Shown: piece by piece, positions 1-12,375 of the stretch
Layout of the letters: each line of letters opens with the position of its first letter
Position numbering within the stretch: the first letter of the stretch is position 1
Made by a program: the position numbers and the translations under genes
Notes under the pieces: generated by a model
Databases searched by the model: none
Seen by the model: only the letters and a program-made list of their open reading frames with translations
What the model was told of the DNA's origin: nothing
Assembly (NCBI GenBank): GCA_020536535.1
Contig: JAHLWZ010000855.1
Span: 7,785-71,784, forward strand
Length of the DNA stretch: 64,000 bases
Source: Pelomyxa schiedti
Taxonomy: Eukaryota; Protista; Evosea
Reading direction: 5' to 3'

Positions 1-2207
1 TTCCGAAGTTCTTCTCTTGCTGTGCACTAATTAACAAAAAAAAAAACAAAGACATCACGCAAACTTCAAGAATGTCAAGAACAGTGTGAAGTACAACTAG
101 AAACCTTGGGAAATGGTTTGAGCACATTTTGTTCAAAGTTACAACGCTACATGACAGAGGTCCTTATGGGGGTATGTATTTGCACTCTTTTTTGTTCTTT
201 GACTGTTGTCCAATACGACTTCAGGTGGTAAAAATGGAAAAATCCTTGCGTAATATAAATGTTGCTACCTTGGACGAAATTGAACCTGCGTATCAAAGAC
301 TTCATCAGGTAGAATTAAATGGTATAAGGCGTGAAACCTTACTACTGAGTCCAGAAATCTGATCCAGTGTCTCTGGAGCATGTATTGAATGACACCGAGT
401 ATACTGAGCAATTTTGTGCCTTCGTTGCTACCACTGGTCGCTGCACTGAGAGCCTAGATTTTTGGATTGATGCAGAGAAGTTTCGAAAAACCTCTGATAC
501 AACATCACTCGTGCCCATGGTTAGGCAGTTACTCCTCTCTTCTTCACTCTTACCCTTTTTCCCCACTTCGAAGTTTCAAGAAATGCACAAAAAATACATT
601 GATGAGAATGGGCCGGCTCCTATTTCCATTCCTGACATTGTAAGGTTGATCCCACATTCTATAATGAGCAACTTAAAAAAATCTTCAGACAAGACCTTAA
701 TGTAGCTCTAACCCAGAAGGAAGTTTTTAGTGATTCTCTTTTTACTGCTCAGGAATATGCTTTATCTGTGTGTCACCACCTTTTCCTTTTCCCTCTCATT
801 CCTCTACTTCACCAGGCATTGAGAGAAAATGTATTCAATGATTTCGCACAACGATTTTTAAGGGAACCTACCACTACAATCGGTATTTCATTTGAAGACT
901 TATGGACTGTTAAGCTGAGCTATTTAGAAAAACGCTATTCCATGACAAGGAAGACAATTGGATCCATAGAGGACATCCTCCTGAACCCCATTGCTTTAGA
1001 ATATTTTATGAAATTTCTACAAGTTCAGGTAATGTGCCTAATATAGTTTTGTTGCTAAGGTGCAAATTAGTCTAAATCTATTGAGAGCAATTCGTTACGA
1101 TTTTGGCTTGAGGCAGAGCTAGCCTGTAATATTCGATCGGTAACCGAAGGGACAACTGCACTAAATAAAGATATTTATGAGGTCAAACACCTCCAACAAC
1201 CTTCAAAGATAACCCCTTTCAACAGAGCTATTTTCCGGCTGATGCCCCATATTATATTCCTTGGCACACAAAAATACGTGATGAAACCCTAGAAAAAGTA
1301 CTCTGCCGGGTTCCTGCATTCAATATTTTTGCTGTTCCCAAAAATTTGGTACTGAACATGTTAAAGGTACTGCGATTCCTTTTGGCATCAACTGATGTTA
1401 TATAGAAAACTGCTTTTCAACAATTCTTAGCAAGTCCGTTGTATCAAGAATACTTAGAACTGATCACTACACAAACACGTCCAAAGAAATCTCCTGCTTA
1501 CCTGTCTACGAAAAAGCGGGCAGACTCTCAGGGTATGTTGATCATTACCAATTAACTTATCTAACTTATTACAGGGCCCTTAAAGGAAAATTGCATGGTT
1601 AACACACTTCCAACCAATAAACACACTAAAGTTATCAGAGAGTCGACATTGTATTCAAAGGAACTATCTATCCTGAAGCATTCAAGAAATTTTTAGTAAC
1701 TCAAAAGCATCCCGCACTGTTGCATTTTGAGTGCTGGAATGAGATTGACAAATATGCAAGGAATCCATCCAAACAACGTGCCCAGGAGGTATGTACTCTT
1801 GGATATTAATTTACAATAACTGTTGCAAGATTTTTAACAAATTCCTTGTCACGGAGTCAACTATGGCGATTCCGACTTCAATAAAAGCAGTGGTAAATCT
1901 CCCGCAATGCCGATTATTATATCCCGTTCAAACCCCGCATAGATCGAATCCGAACTGCAAGGGGACAATGAACCGTTGGTAACGGTTTTCGCGTCTCTTC
2001 AAGAGAAGAACGTAGAAGCAATATCAGCTGCATTTGAGAGGTTCCTAAAAACATCCATATTCAAGGTAGTCTCCTCAGTCATTCAATACTCCCTACTAGC
2101 AATAGAAACCCTCACCAAACCTTCAGGATGCCAAAAAAGAGCGGAAAAAGTTGACTGAGCAAGCCAACAAAGAGAGAGCCAATTATATCAGGCTCAGCTT
2201 CAGATGA
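1..2207 (+). CDS. Multi-RGS-domain protein (at least three RGS-like repeats), 5' end outside the window, many short introns
   Basis: Hand splicing gives SLEHVLNDTEYTEQFCAFVATTGRCTESLDFWIDAEKFRK, SIEDILLNPIALEYFMKFLQVQ|SKSIESNSLRFWLEAE and EAFKKFLVTQKHPALLHFECWNEIDKY, matching the RGS pattern L..iL......F..Fl....E.L.FW. GT-AG introns join the frame through to TGA at 2205-2207. Confidence 0.85.
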
Positions 2208-2474
2208 CCAAACAACCTTGTGAATACCTTTTCAGCTGTACAAGAATAACACAATTGCCAATCCGTTTATGTAGAGTAATTAGGTGAAGTTCAATACGGA
2301 GTTGATTTGTTTGCACCCGATAAATACGATAGAAAGACGATAACCTGATTAAAATTAATTGCCCGTGTCGATCCAACTGGCCCAATTGGTTGCGGTCGAG
2401 AAAGAAAGCACACTCTAATGGCTCTTGCACCAGGCCTTAGGCTCCTGGGGGAGAGAATTCTGACTGAGACTAAG

Positions 2475-3834
2475 ATGGCCACCGGTGTCCCCAAAGTCAC
2501 GGTCAGTGATTTGTTTTCATGGGTTGAGGAGGACTACGCACCAAGGTTTTATTTTTGGTGTCAAGAAAGTGCTTGTTTGATTTGCACAAAAACCCCACCC
2601 TATGAACAGCAATTTCGTTTTTTTTTTAATTTGAAATTCGTTAGGTTCATTTCACCAACGCCTACATCACGGCCACCAACGATTTTTCTGCCTGGTGGTG
2701 AAAAACGATTCCTCACATTTGAAGGCATTTCAAATCCTAGCTTATGGAATTTGGTGGAAGAACTAAGTCCTCTGCTGTACGACCCATTGACAATAAAGGA
2801 ACCTGGGATATATGCTTGGATTCTATATGTTCCCTGTCAGGGGAGTGTTTGTGGGGGCTGCAAAAACACTTCTTCCACTTCATCATCTACTACTAGCAGT
2901 ACTCTTGATTCAGAGCCGATTGTGAAACAAGAAAACCCTGGACTTACGTTTTCGTTTGCGGCAACTAAGGTTCATAGTGACCTGTGTGTTGGAACAAAGC
3001 ACGCTGCTATCTATAAGCGCCTTATGGACAAAGGGTGTGCTCAGCCTGAATTGTCACCTGTCATTGTTGCCGGTGAGCTGTTGGTGGAATCTAGTGGCGT
3101 GAGAAAGTACAACTTTTCCTCAGGAACATTTATGCTTGGCAGGTATTCTATCAAATAAGTCTCAGCTATCAATACCTGTCACCAAAACCCTTGTTCCACA
3201 CTTTTGTGTCTTTTCTGTTCAGTGGGAAATAGGTATGACGACAATGAACCCAGTATTGAGAACGACTATCTAGCTCCTTGGGCTAGTACCACAGTTTTCA
3301 CTGGTGATTGGACGTTTGAGCCTGGGTACAGTGAGTGGATGTCAGACTTGCTTCCGAAAATGTCACTCATTGAGCTTATGTGGCTCTCGGATAACGGTGT
3401 GGAGCTCCGGTTATATGAAGATTTTGATGTTGCCACACTTACTTCACTTTATGACCGCCGCCCCGCCCTCAAGTATTTCCCGCTTACGGGAGCTTTCAAT
3501 CAACGGAGTTAATCATTCCCTTAGGACACTTCATGAATCCGCCATCGTCGCACTCGAGCTTGCAATTGCAGCCAACAAAGACTTGGAATCCCGGATTCTC
3601 GCAGTTCAATCCGCTGCTTCATCACAACATCACCACCACCATCATCAGCACCATCACCAACACCAAGCTACACACGGGGCACATCTGGTCGACACCAACC
3701 AGTTGGAAGCGGAACTCCGTGAAACACAGCAATTACTACAATTGCAGCAACTACAACTGCTACACCACACACCACCCTATGCCACTTTTAGCAGAAGCAC
3801 CCCCAACTATGTACAAACACAACTTCTTGGATAA
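2475..3834 (+). CDS. Hypothetical protein with a GIYAWI...GTKH...AGEL...YNFSSGTFM domain and a His/Gln-rich coiled-coil tail
   Basis: ORFs 2418-3158, 3204-3512 and 3304-3834 join by GT-AG introns (GGC AG|gtattc..aaatag|G TAT; CTC AA|gtattt..ccttag|G ACA). The start is placed at aagATGgcc. Confidence 0.7.
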
Positions 3835-4129
3835 AACCACGTCACACATCCAATATTGGACGCTTCAAAAAACGGCCTAATGAAGGAAAAATAAAAACAA
3901 CCAACGTTTATCCACTGGGCATTTCGTTTGATTTTGATGATGGTTTTGGTTTTTTGTTTGTCTGGCTGGTTTTGAATGAGGAACAAACACTTGGAAATTC
4001 ATTCAACCTCTCACCAAGCACTCAAAAAACAAAAATTTTTTGTTGTATGAAACTGCTGGTACTCAGGCCTTACATACATACTAGTTTGAAACAACAGAAT
4101 TCGACAAGGAAAAAAAACCACAAAATTTT

Positions 4130-7100
4130 TTCTTAAGGAACTATCAAAAACACAATACTGAAACACAGAAAATAATGTGACACGTTTATGGGAACACCTC
4201 AAGGTAGAGTTGATCTTGTGGAATTTTAGGAAGTTGTGACGGGAAAAGCCCAGACCTTCAATATAAACTGTAACACAGGTCACGGTGGTGTAGAAATAAA
4301 ATGCCTCACTTGCCGAAGCTGAGTTCTCTAAGGGAGAGTTGGTCGTGGAGACAAAGAAACAACGCGAGACCAGATAGTCGCTCGATATAACCAAGATGAC
4401 TATGCCAACTGGGAACGTTTGCGTACAAAACTACATGGCTTTTGACACAAAGTAAGATTTGACAATAGAGTGTAAAAGAAGATTGCATACACAAAGAGTG
4501 GGAACAAGTCATCGGCTCCGGCGACTGCACCAACTTTCTGTAGCACAGTAACCAAAACCTACAAGAGTGAGAAGAGATTAAAAAAAAAAAAGCAGTTGTA
4601 CCTTACTGCAATTCAAGATACAAAGTAGTTTTTCTTGTGGAGTTTTCGCATTTTCTATTTCTAGTAGCTCTTTAGTTGCACTCTGGTCGACATTAAAATT
4701 GAAGAAAAACAAAAAGGAAAAGACCTGTATAAGGTCAGTGTCTAGTCCATCTCGCATCTCAATGTGTTTGGAAGTTACAGCGGGTTGCAATTTTGATATT
4801 TTAGCTGCAAAAGCGGCATCTTTCTCTTTTAGCTCTTTTTTATTAAAGAGATGTGTATATAGCTGTTCCATGACATAGCGTTTCACCTGTTTTTGTTACC
4901 CTTTTTTTTTAAAAAAAAGGACAATAACCTGTTCTGTTAAAGGTTTTCGTTCCTAAAGGAGAATGAAAGAAAAAGGAAGTCAAGATAAAACTCAGGAACA
5001 AGTCAGGAGGTTACCGCCAGAGTCTTTCGTTTGGGATGAGAATCCACCTGATTCATAATATCGTTTACAAGTTGATAGACAGCATCCCCTTCTTCTTTAA
5101 CGGGATATTTTGCCTTTATAAATCCCTGGAGCATTTTTCCTATTGTATCCCTGTTTGAGGCTTAAGATAAGGAAGAAAAGTTGGAGAATTACTGCAGTTT
5201 ATGAAAATCAGGTAGGGACAGTGTTTCTTCGAATCGCTCTATAACTGGCGGGCAAAATGTGACGTCTTCAGTTGAGGATGAAGTAGCAGCACTCAGTGCT
5301 TTGATAATTTCGAGAGTTGGCTTTGACTTGCCATAACCACCAGAAGTCATATTTTTCAGGGTCTGGGCTACAGTGGAGGAGGAAGCAAAAAGTTTCTGGA
5401 AGCAATAAGTAGAGTTGCACAATTTTTTTTTAAATGAACAAACTCACTGGGTGAGCATATCTTCTTGGAAGGAGCCCTTTTTCCCATTTATCCAACAGTT
5501 GGGCGAATTCTACAGATGTTGATGCCACGTCATAGAACGTACTGTTTGCGGGCCCCAACTTTGGATCTGCACCGTAACTGAGGAATAGTTATCACAGTCA
5601 AGCCGGGAATAAGAAGTAGACCTGAGAAGAAGTTCCAAAATTGGCAGGCAACCAGGAAATGATACAGCAAGGAAAAGTGGAGATAATTGAGATGCATTAT
5701 TATCTAGTATTGGAGCTGTAAATTTAAAGAGCAAATAAAAATACACACTAGGATCTGCCCCAGCTTCCAGTAAAAGTTTCACTGCTTCTGTGTTGGCTTG
5801 TTCTGTTACTGCCAGAAGAAGAGGGGTCTGGCCTGATCCTGACTATCAACATGGGACAAGGTGAGTTGCAGATTTCATGAAGAGTTACACACATGGAGGT
5901 TTGGATCACATGAAGCAAGTAAAGCCGCTAAAACCTGATAAACCACAAATAAATATATTTCTTCTGTACTCTTCCTCCCTTTCATTACCCACAGTCCCGT
6001 ACCGAAAGTTTTTCAGGCGTGTTGCAAGATTTTCGGAGTAATAGGTGAATTGCAGCATTCTTTCGACTATTGAAGAGATTTGTTTTGCACCCCTTAGCAA
6101 GAAGTGTATTAGCAATTCGGTAATTTTGAGCGTCCAAGCTAGAAGATGTTAACACGGGATAGAGGAACATTTCTACAACCAGGACATGAGAGGGGTCCAC
6201 CCGCGATCATCCTGGATTTGGGATCGTCAGGAAAGACTGAAAATGGTGTTTCCATGCCTGTGCATCAAGATTTGGGTTCTTTTCCAATATCATGTTCACT
6301 AGCTCCATGTGGCCAGAATAGCAGGCCGCATGGAGAATTGTCTGCCCTCTGATGGTTGCGGCATTTACAGACAGTGACTGCAGTATTTAGACCAAAGTAC
6401 TAAAGTGGAGGTAACCAACCGCTATGCAGTCCTCTATTTTTTTAACAAGACCAGGGGTGACTCTCCCTGCAGTGAGAATGTGGTTTATGCAATCTACTAA
6501 GACCGGATTGTCAGTTGGTAGAGTATAGGCAATCCAATTGATGGCCATTCCTTGGTACTCCTCGAATTTATCTGGCGGAAGTGTAACAACAAACTCTACA
6601 GAGAGGAAGTCAGTACTGATAACATCTAATAATACAAACCAGCATTGCTAGGAATTATCAGTGAGGCAGGTAGTCTCACAATGTTCAAGGACTGTTGTAC
6701 TGTTATCCATGCACTCACACGAGGGATGGTGCTGAAATGGTAACCAAATTCAACATGTATCTCTGGTGCATTAACTTTATTGCGTCCGCTTTTAAACATT
6801 GATGCAGTGACCGGAAGATGCTGAAAAATTGTATCCGTAAAAGTGAGGAAAGCCTCTCCTAGTGTATTTGCATTTTGTGGTGGTATGTTTTGAGACGGTG
6901 TACTTTGAGAGACAGGTGGTGTTGATGATAGTGTGGTTTGAGATGGTGTACTTTGAGTGTTTGCACTAAGTGGAGCTGAGGCAAGTGTGGTTTGAGATGA
7001 TGTACTTGGAGAAACTGGAACGTTGGAACGTTGCCAGGATGAAGATGAAGAGTGTGTAAGGGGTGGAGTAATTGCACGAGTGGGATTCAGTTGGGGTAAA

Positions 7101-8002
7101 GGAGGAGCTTGTTGTGTTGGTGGATGCAAAGGAGAAGATACTGACCGTTGTAATATAGGTGTTGGAGCTGCTTGTGTAGGAGGGTGCAAGGAGAGGTCTG
7201 TTGACCCTCTTAGAGGCGGCGTCGGTGCAGGAGAGGGAGGGGTACCAGCAAGTGCAATAGCAAGGGACGAAGGTTCACTACTGGGCGTTGGTGATGTCGG
7301 TTGTGTTGGAACTGGTTCCTTCAAACAAAGTGGAATAGGTGCCGGAGATGACGGCGGCAGAGGTTTAGAAGGCGAGGACTCTACACCACTGGGTGTTGAC
7401 GCCACGTTCTGTGAATTTGGTTCCTGTGAGTGTGGACCCAGTGGTGGCAAATCAGCAACAGAGCATCCGCGCCACGAATGGTGCCTTGTCATTCCCCCTG
7501 TTGGAGTGCGAGGTTGAAAACCAGTGTCCTCCGCATATGGGTCGTCCTGCATGTCACTGTTATTGATGACACTCACGGTAGTCCCAGGACCATTGGTGAT
7601 ATCACTTGCAGTGGTACCACCATAATTATTGGTGACTATATTGGTATTGGCACCATTGGCATTGGCACCATTGGAATTGACACCAATGGCATTAGTACCA
7701 TTGGCATTTACATTGACGTTGGCTCCATTGGCATTGACATTGGCAAAATTGGTATTGGTATTGGCATTTGTAGCTGAAGAAGGTTGGTGCTGCGTATTTA
7801 TGCACGCACTGTTATGCAGAATTGTGGGAGTTGCGTGCACAAATGTAGGATTCGGCACAGACGACGAGATCGTAGCGGGCTTTGGGGCCGGGCCTCGAGG
7901 GGCACTGTGAATCGGAGGGGCCAGGAGCGGACGTGGGGGGGCTCCCATAAGTGTGTTGGCGCCCCCCGGAGACTGCAGTGACGAGGCGCTCGCACCCGAC
8001 AT
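4130..8002 (-). CDS. VPS9-domain Rab5 GEF with ankyrin repeats and a long Pro/Ser/Thr/Asn-rich N-terminus (3' end approximate)
   Basis: VPS9 signatures ATKELLEIENAKTPQEKLLCILNCSK, GADDLFPLFVY, VLYANVPSWHSHLGYIERL and SEAFYFYTT; ankyrin pieces such as EAVKLLLEAGADP and LSPLFLAV; low-complexity ORF 6626-8002. Confidence 0.82.
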
Positions 8003-8389
8003 GAACGAGACACTTTGTGACCGCTGAATTGGCAGGGGTCTGCCTTGGGCCTCCTGGTCGGCAATTAAGATGCGAACTAATCAGCGAAACGACCATGCAA
8101 CCCAAACTACGTGCGGGGGGGAGGGGGAAGTGAAAACAAACCCAAGACGACGCTCCAATCGATGCGCGGTTGTTGCTCATCAGTGAGAGTATGATTTTCG
8201 TTACGCTCAAAAGGTGAAACGAATTGCCGGCAGCGTGATGACGGGAAAACCAGCGTATCTCTCTGAGTAGAGCGGGAGCTCAGCACCTGTTGATTCGTCT
8301 GCCCAAAAATTGAGGCAGAGTTGGGTGTCCATCCAAAGGACGATGAACAAATCAACTTAAAGGGCAAAAAAAAAAAGAGAGTTGGGTTG

Positions 8390-9641
8390 ATGATACACCA
8401 CGGTGTGATGCCTGGGCCGCAGGGGGCGACACCCTCTACAGTGAGTAGCCCTGACGTTGCTGCGTTGGCGCAAGAATACGTCAGCGCGGTGTTTAAGGTG
8501 AGGGTGAGGGTCGATGCCACTCCAGGGCTTCTGAGGCACTACTCCTCCATGCTCATTGAGTACGTGGATCCTCGGTTTTTTTATCATTATGGGTGGGGAA
8601 CCTTTGTTTTTTTTTTACTTTTTGTCGTTGGAGCTCATGGTTGTTGAAAAATTTCACAGCGGGAGTTTGAGTCCTACACAACTGGAAGAAAAGATTTTGA
8701 GAGGTAATTCAGAATGTGTTGGTATTTTGTTTTAACATAGAGTACTTCTATTCCTCAGACTTGGGAATACCTTCGGTCCTTCCACCACTTCCTCTTTACA
8801 TGCCAAACTTAGCTCCACCACAAGACATGTTTGCACCAAGCGCACCACCGTTCTCTGTTATACAACCAAATCCGCAAGTACAACCTCCCAACTTACAGCA
8901 ACAATTTATGCAACCACCACAACCCGAACCTCAACTCAACCCACGCCCGTCAACGCCCCCCCAAGGGCGCTCTTCCTCACCTCCCGCACAACGTCCCTCT
9001 TCACCACCCTCCAAGTCACCAGTGAGGACAAGTTCAAGTGCGAGTCCATCTTCAGCGTCAACTACTCAGCCTGCTGAAAAAGGCGTGAGTTCCATACTTC
9101 AAAACAATAGTGAATGCTTTTTCTGTGCATTCTCAGTACTCATTAATGGCAGCCCTCAGCATATACCCCGGATATAGTCCAGAAATGGGTGACTGAACAA
9201 GAGCGATTGCTCATGGGAAATTCCCGCAAGGTTGATCCAGCCACACACGCTCATTGGGTAAGTACCAAACCTTTTTGTACATATCCTTTCCATTAATTGA
9301 ATTATAGGTGAGGTCTCTTATTGATCGAGCCTATACTCCCACTCAAGTTAGAATGGCAATGCAAACAAGCAAGTGGGGTAAGGAATACGCTGCCCGTGTA
9401 CGATTTCCCTTCTGTAACGACCGACTCAACTGATGTTCAATGCCAGGTGAATGAATACATAAGCAAGTTGTTTGAAGTTCATGTGCACCGAGCACCTGAG
9501 CACAGTGAATCACGCAAGTTCGCCAGCGCTATCTTGACGGGGGCTATGACCCTGGACCAGGTATAATGGGGTGGGAAAATGTTACATGACTAAATGGGTG
9601 AATTCTAGATAGAAGACGCAATCAAAAACCTCAGCAGCTAG
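8390..9641 (+). CDS. Hypothetical protein with a Pro/Gln/Ser-rich centre
   Basis: Exon ORFs 8321-8647, 8716-9177 and 9321-9566 are flanked by GT-AG sites; last exon IEDAIKNLSS* ends at 9641. Confidence 0.6.
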
Positions 9642-9963
9642 TCAACACCCTTTTTTTTTGTATACATGTGAAAGACAAAAAGGACCTTGTACGAATTTAA
9701 CCAAATACTTCGTCAAGTAACTCACTACACCTTCTAAGCATGAAACTTTCATGCCACCTAGAGTAAAAGAAAAAAATCGAGGGAAAAAAAAATTTGGTCA
9801 ATTTGAAGTGCCACTTACTTTTCACCTTGGCCTTTTTTCAAAAACCAAAGTTAAGCGGATAGGGGCACAACCAAAGTGGTGGCCCCCCGAGTGGCGTGTG
9901 TGTGTGTGTGTGTTTTCTGGTCGTCATCGCAGGTCCCAGATAATAAACATAAACATCCACGGT

Positions 9964-10191
9964 CTAGGATGGAGTTCTAGTCTCTCCATCCTCCAGCCCC
10001 GTGTCACAGTCGTCAGGATCAGTTTCAGAGTCATCTGAATCTGAATCACTGTTGTCATTTTGTTCAGCCTCCAGTGTTGGAGGGACGGCCCAGATTAGGA
10101 TCAATGGGCGGGGGCGACGGTTGAAGACGGAGGGCCCTGTGTTGTCCTCACTCGGAAACAGCAAAATTGCGGGCCTGTCATTGCTCGACAT
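9964..10191 (-). CDS. Small acidic hypothetical protein (75 aa)
   Basis: ATG follows an AT-rich leader; Asp/Ser-rich C-terminal half; no family recognised. Confidence 0.4.
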   Translation of the reverse strand: MSSNDRPAILLFPSEDNTGPSVFNRRPRPLILIWAVPPTLEAEQNDNSDSDSDDSETDPDDCDTGLEDGETRTPS

Positions 10192-10325
10192 CAGCGAGTG
10201 TTTCGTATGTATGTTTGCTTCTGATATTTTTTATTTCGTCCTTTTTGGTCAAAACTTTCATTCACAGTGGTTGATGCACAAGTAGCTTGCTTGTACGCAT
10301 GTTCTGGATCAATGATATATGTTTC

Positions 10326-10831
10326 TCATAAGATGAAGAGAGGAACTGCCACGGCAACGAGGATGCATGACACCACAACAAACACGAGCACAATGCAAAT
10401 GATGCAAAGCAGCTCCCCGCGTCTTTTCTTGGAACATTCCAGACAGTAAGAGCTGCTCAAAACTCGCCTTGTACATTGGTCACAGAGTACTGCACCACAG
10501 TTACGGCACTGTGGAATTGTTCATTTCGTTGTTCACAAAGCAAGTAAAAATAATAACAACAACAAAAAAAAGGCACATTGGGCAAATACCTTGTTGGTAG
10601 TGAGAGACGAGTCACATTCCATACACTTTGGGTCATCCGTCACTCTACTCAAAAGAACCTACGTATGTACGAGGAAAACTTCTAAAAAAACGAAATCCAA
10701 ACCACTTTCTCGTTGTCGTACGCTCCAGATCCAGCGGACAAGTCGAACCACGAGGACGTGAACTTGTCACTAATAAAAAAAAAGCGCCATGTCACAATAG
10801 CAACAAATCGACAGCGTCAATGCCTGGACAT
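10326..10831 (-). CDS. Small tail-anchored zinc-finger protein (8 Cys, degenerate FYVE/B-box-like); 4 exons, first intron probably GC-AG; not in the ORF track
   Basis: Spliced: MS|SDKFTSSWFDLSAGSGAYDNEKV|VLLSRVTDDPKCMECDSSLTTNK|CRNCGAVLCDQCTRRVLSSSYCLECSKKRRGELLCIICIVLVFVVVSCILVAVAVPLFIL*. Confidence 0.75.
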
Positions 10832-10992
10832 GTCAAAAAAAATTGATGGCCCTGCCGCCAGACTCCTTAAATTTAAACCAAAAAAAAAAAAGAATTCGTA
10901 AAAATGTGCCGCAGGGATGCTCCCAGACTGTTCTTATATGGATCTTGCTGCATTAATGATGGACAAACACAAAGTGACACACGACTGAAAGA

Positions 10993-11464
10993 ATGACGGG
11001 AACTGCTATGGTGCTGTTACTTGCGATTGTTTCACTCCAAGCCCTACGCGTTTACTGCGCTCCTTTGTTGAGAGATCACGGCGATGCGGATCATGCAATC
11101 ACTGGCAATAACGACAAGAGCGGAGACGCAGGCTCGACGTTGGGAGTTGGTCTTGGCTTGGGAATTGGCAGCGACGACATTGGCGTGGGGCTTGGGCTTG
11201 GCTTGGGCATTGCAACAGGCCAGGATGGCGACCCCTCTGTTGGAATTGGCCTTGGGCTAGGAATCAGCGCCGGCGGGCTTGGCACTGGGGCAGGAGTTGG
11301 CGTTGGCACAGGCACCAGCGGCTCGGGCACTGGCACTGGAATTGGTGTTGGTGCAGGGGCCTCTGGCACAGGAGTTGGTGTTGGAGTGGGAAGCGGTGAT
11401 TCAGGCACTGGAGTTGGTGTTGGAGTGGGCTCTGGCAGCGGCTCATCCGGAACTGGCGTTGGCG

Positions 11465-11498
<34 letters not shown>

Positions 11499-12333
11499 GG
11501 CTTCTGGCACAGGAGTTGGTGTTGGAGTGGGAAGCGGTGACTCAGGCACCGGCATAGGAATTGGTGTGGGAGTGGGCTCTGGCAGCGGCTCATCCGGAAC
11601 AGGAGTTGGCATTGGTGTTGGCTCTGGCTCTGGCACCGGCGTGGGCGTGGGTGTGGGAGTTGGCACTGGGGATTCTGGCACAGGCATAGGGGTTGGCGTA
11701 GGAACTGGCGAGTCTGGAACAGGAGTGGGTGTTGGTGTGGGATCTGGCAGCTCAGGAACCGGCGTTGGAATTGGGGTTGGAACCGGTGATTCAGGAACCG
11801 GAGTTGGCGTTGGGGTTGGTTCTGGCTCTGGTTCTAGCACAGGCGTAGGCGTGGGTGTTGGGAGTGGAGATTCCGGCACTGGAGTTGGAGTTGGAGTTGG
11901 CGTAGGCATAGGAGAAAAGAAGCAGGAGGCAACAAGCTTAAGCCTGTGTGCCGTTAATGGTGGAAGGAACTGCCTGAAGGTCGAAGCTCAAGTGTACTAC
12001 CAGCTTCCAAGCGACAAGTCCAACACCCGGAAAAGAACTGCTTCGTTAGCGTGCGGTACTTGCAAAATATTTGATGAAATGCTCTCACCAAAAGGTAACT
12101 CCTATCTAACAACCCTCACTTTTAATTGACTATTTTTTCCAGGGGAAACCTATGTGATAAGCAAACTTTATGTAGAAAACGCCATGCACGAAACTGATTC
12201 CGTCACTGGACCATTTGAGGTATAGCCGGTCTTCCGTAATTAAAAATCTCTGACATTGCAGCAGGGTTCCCGAGCCGGGTTTCAAGTGGAGCGCACAAGA
12301 GACGGTCTCAAAATTTCCCCACGATCCTTGTAG
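10993..12333 (+). CDS. Secreted Gly/Val/Ser/Thr repeat protein with a small Cys-containing C-terminal domain
   Basis: Hydrophobic signal peptide [23 protein letters not shown]; tandem (GV)n-GSG(D/S)SGT units; two GT-AG introns after LSPK extend the frame to KISPRSL* at 12331-12333. Confidence 0.82.
11130..11912 (+). repeat. Coding tandem repeat of roughly 13-17 codon units ([13 protein letters not shown] type)
   Basis: Recurring ggagttggtgttggagtggg and ggcgttggcgtc units with synonymous variation. Confidence 0.9.
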
Positions 12334-12375
12334 CTTATGGAAAAAAGAAAAACTTCCCGTCTTCAAGTTTTTTTT

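Noticed and set aside
11091-11909. 272-aa (PT)n ORF on the minus strand
   Set aside because: Antisense mirror of the Gly-Val repeat; the plus strand has the signal peptide and spliced C-terminal domain.
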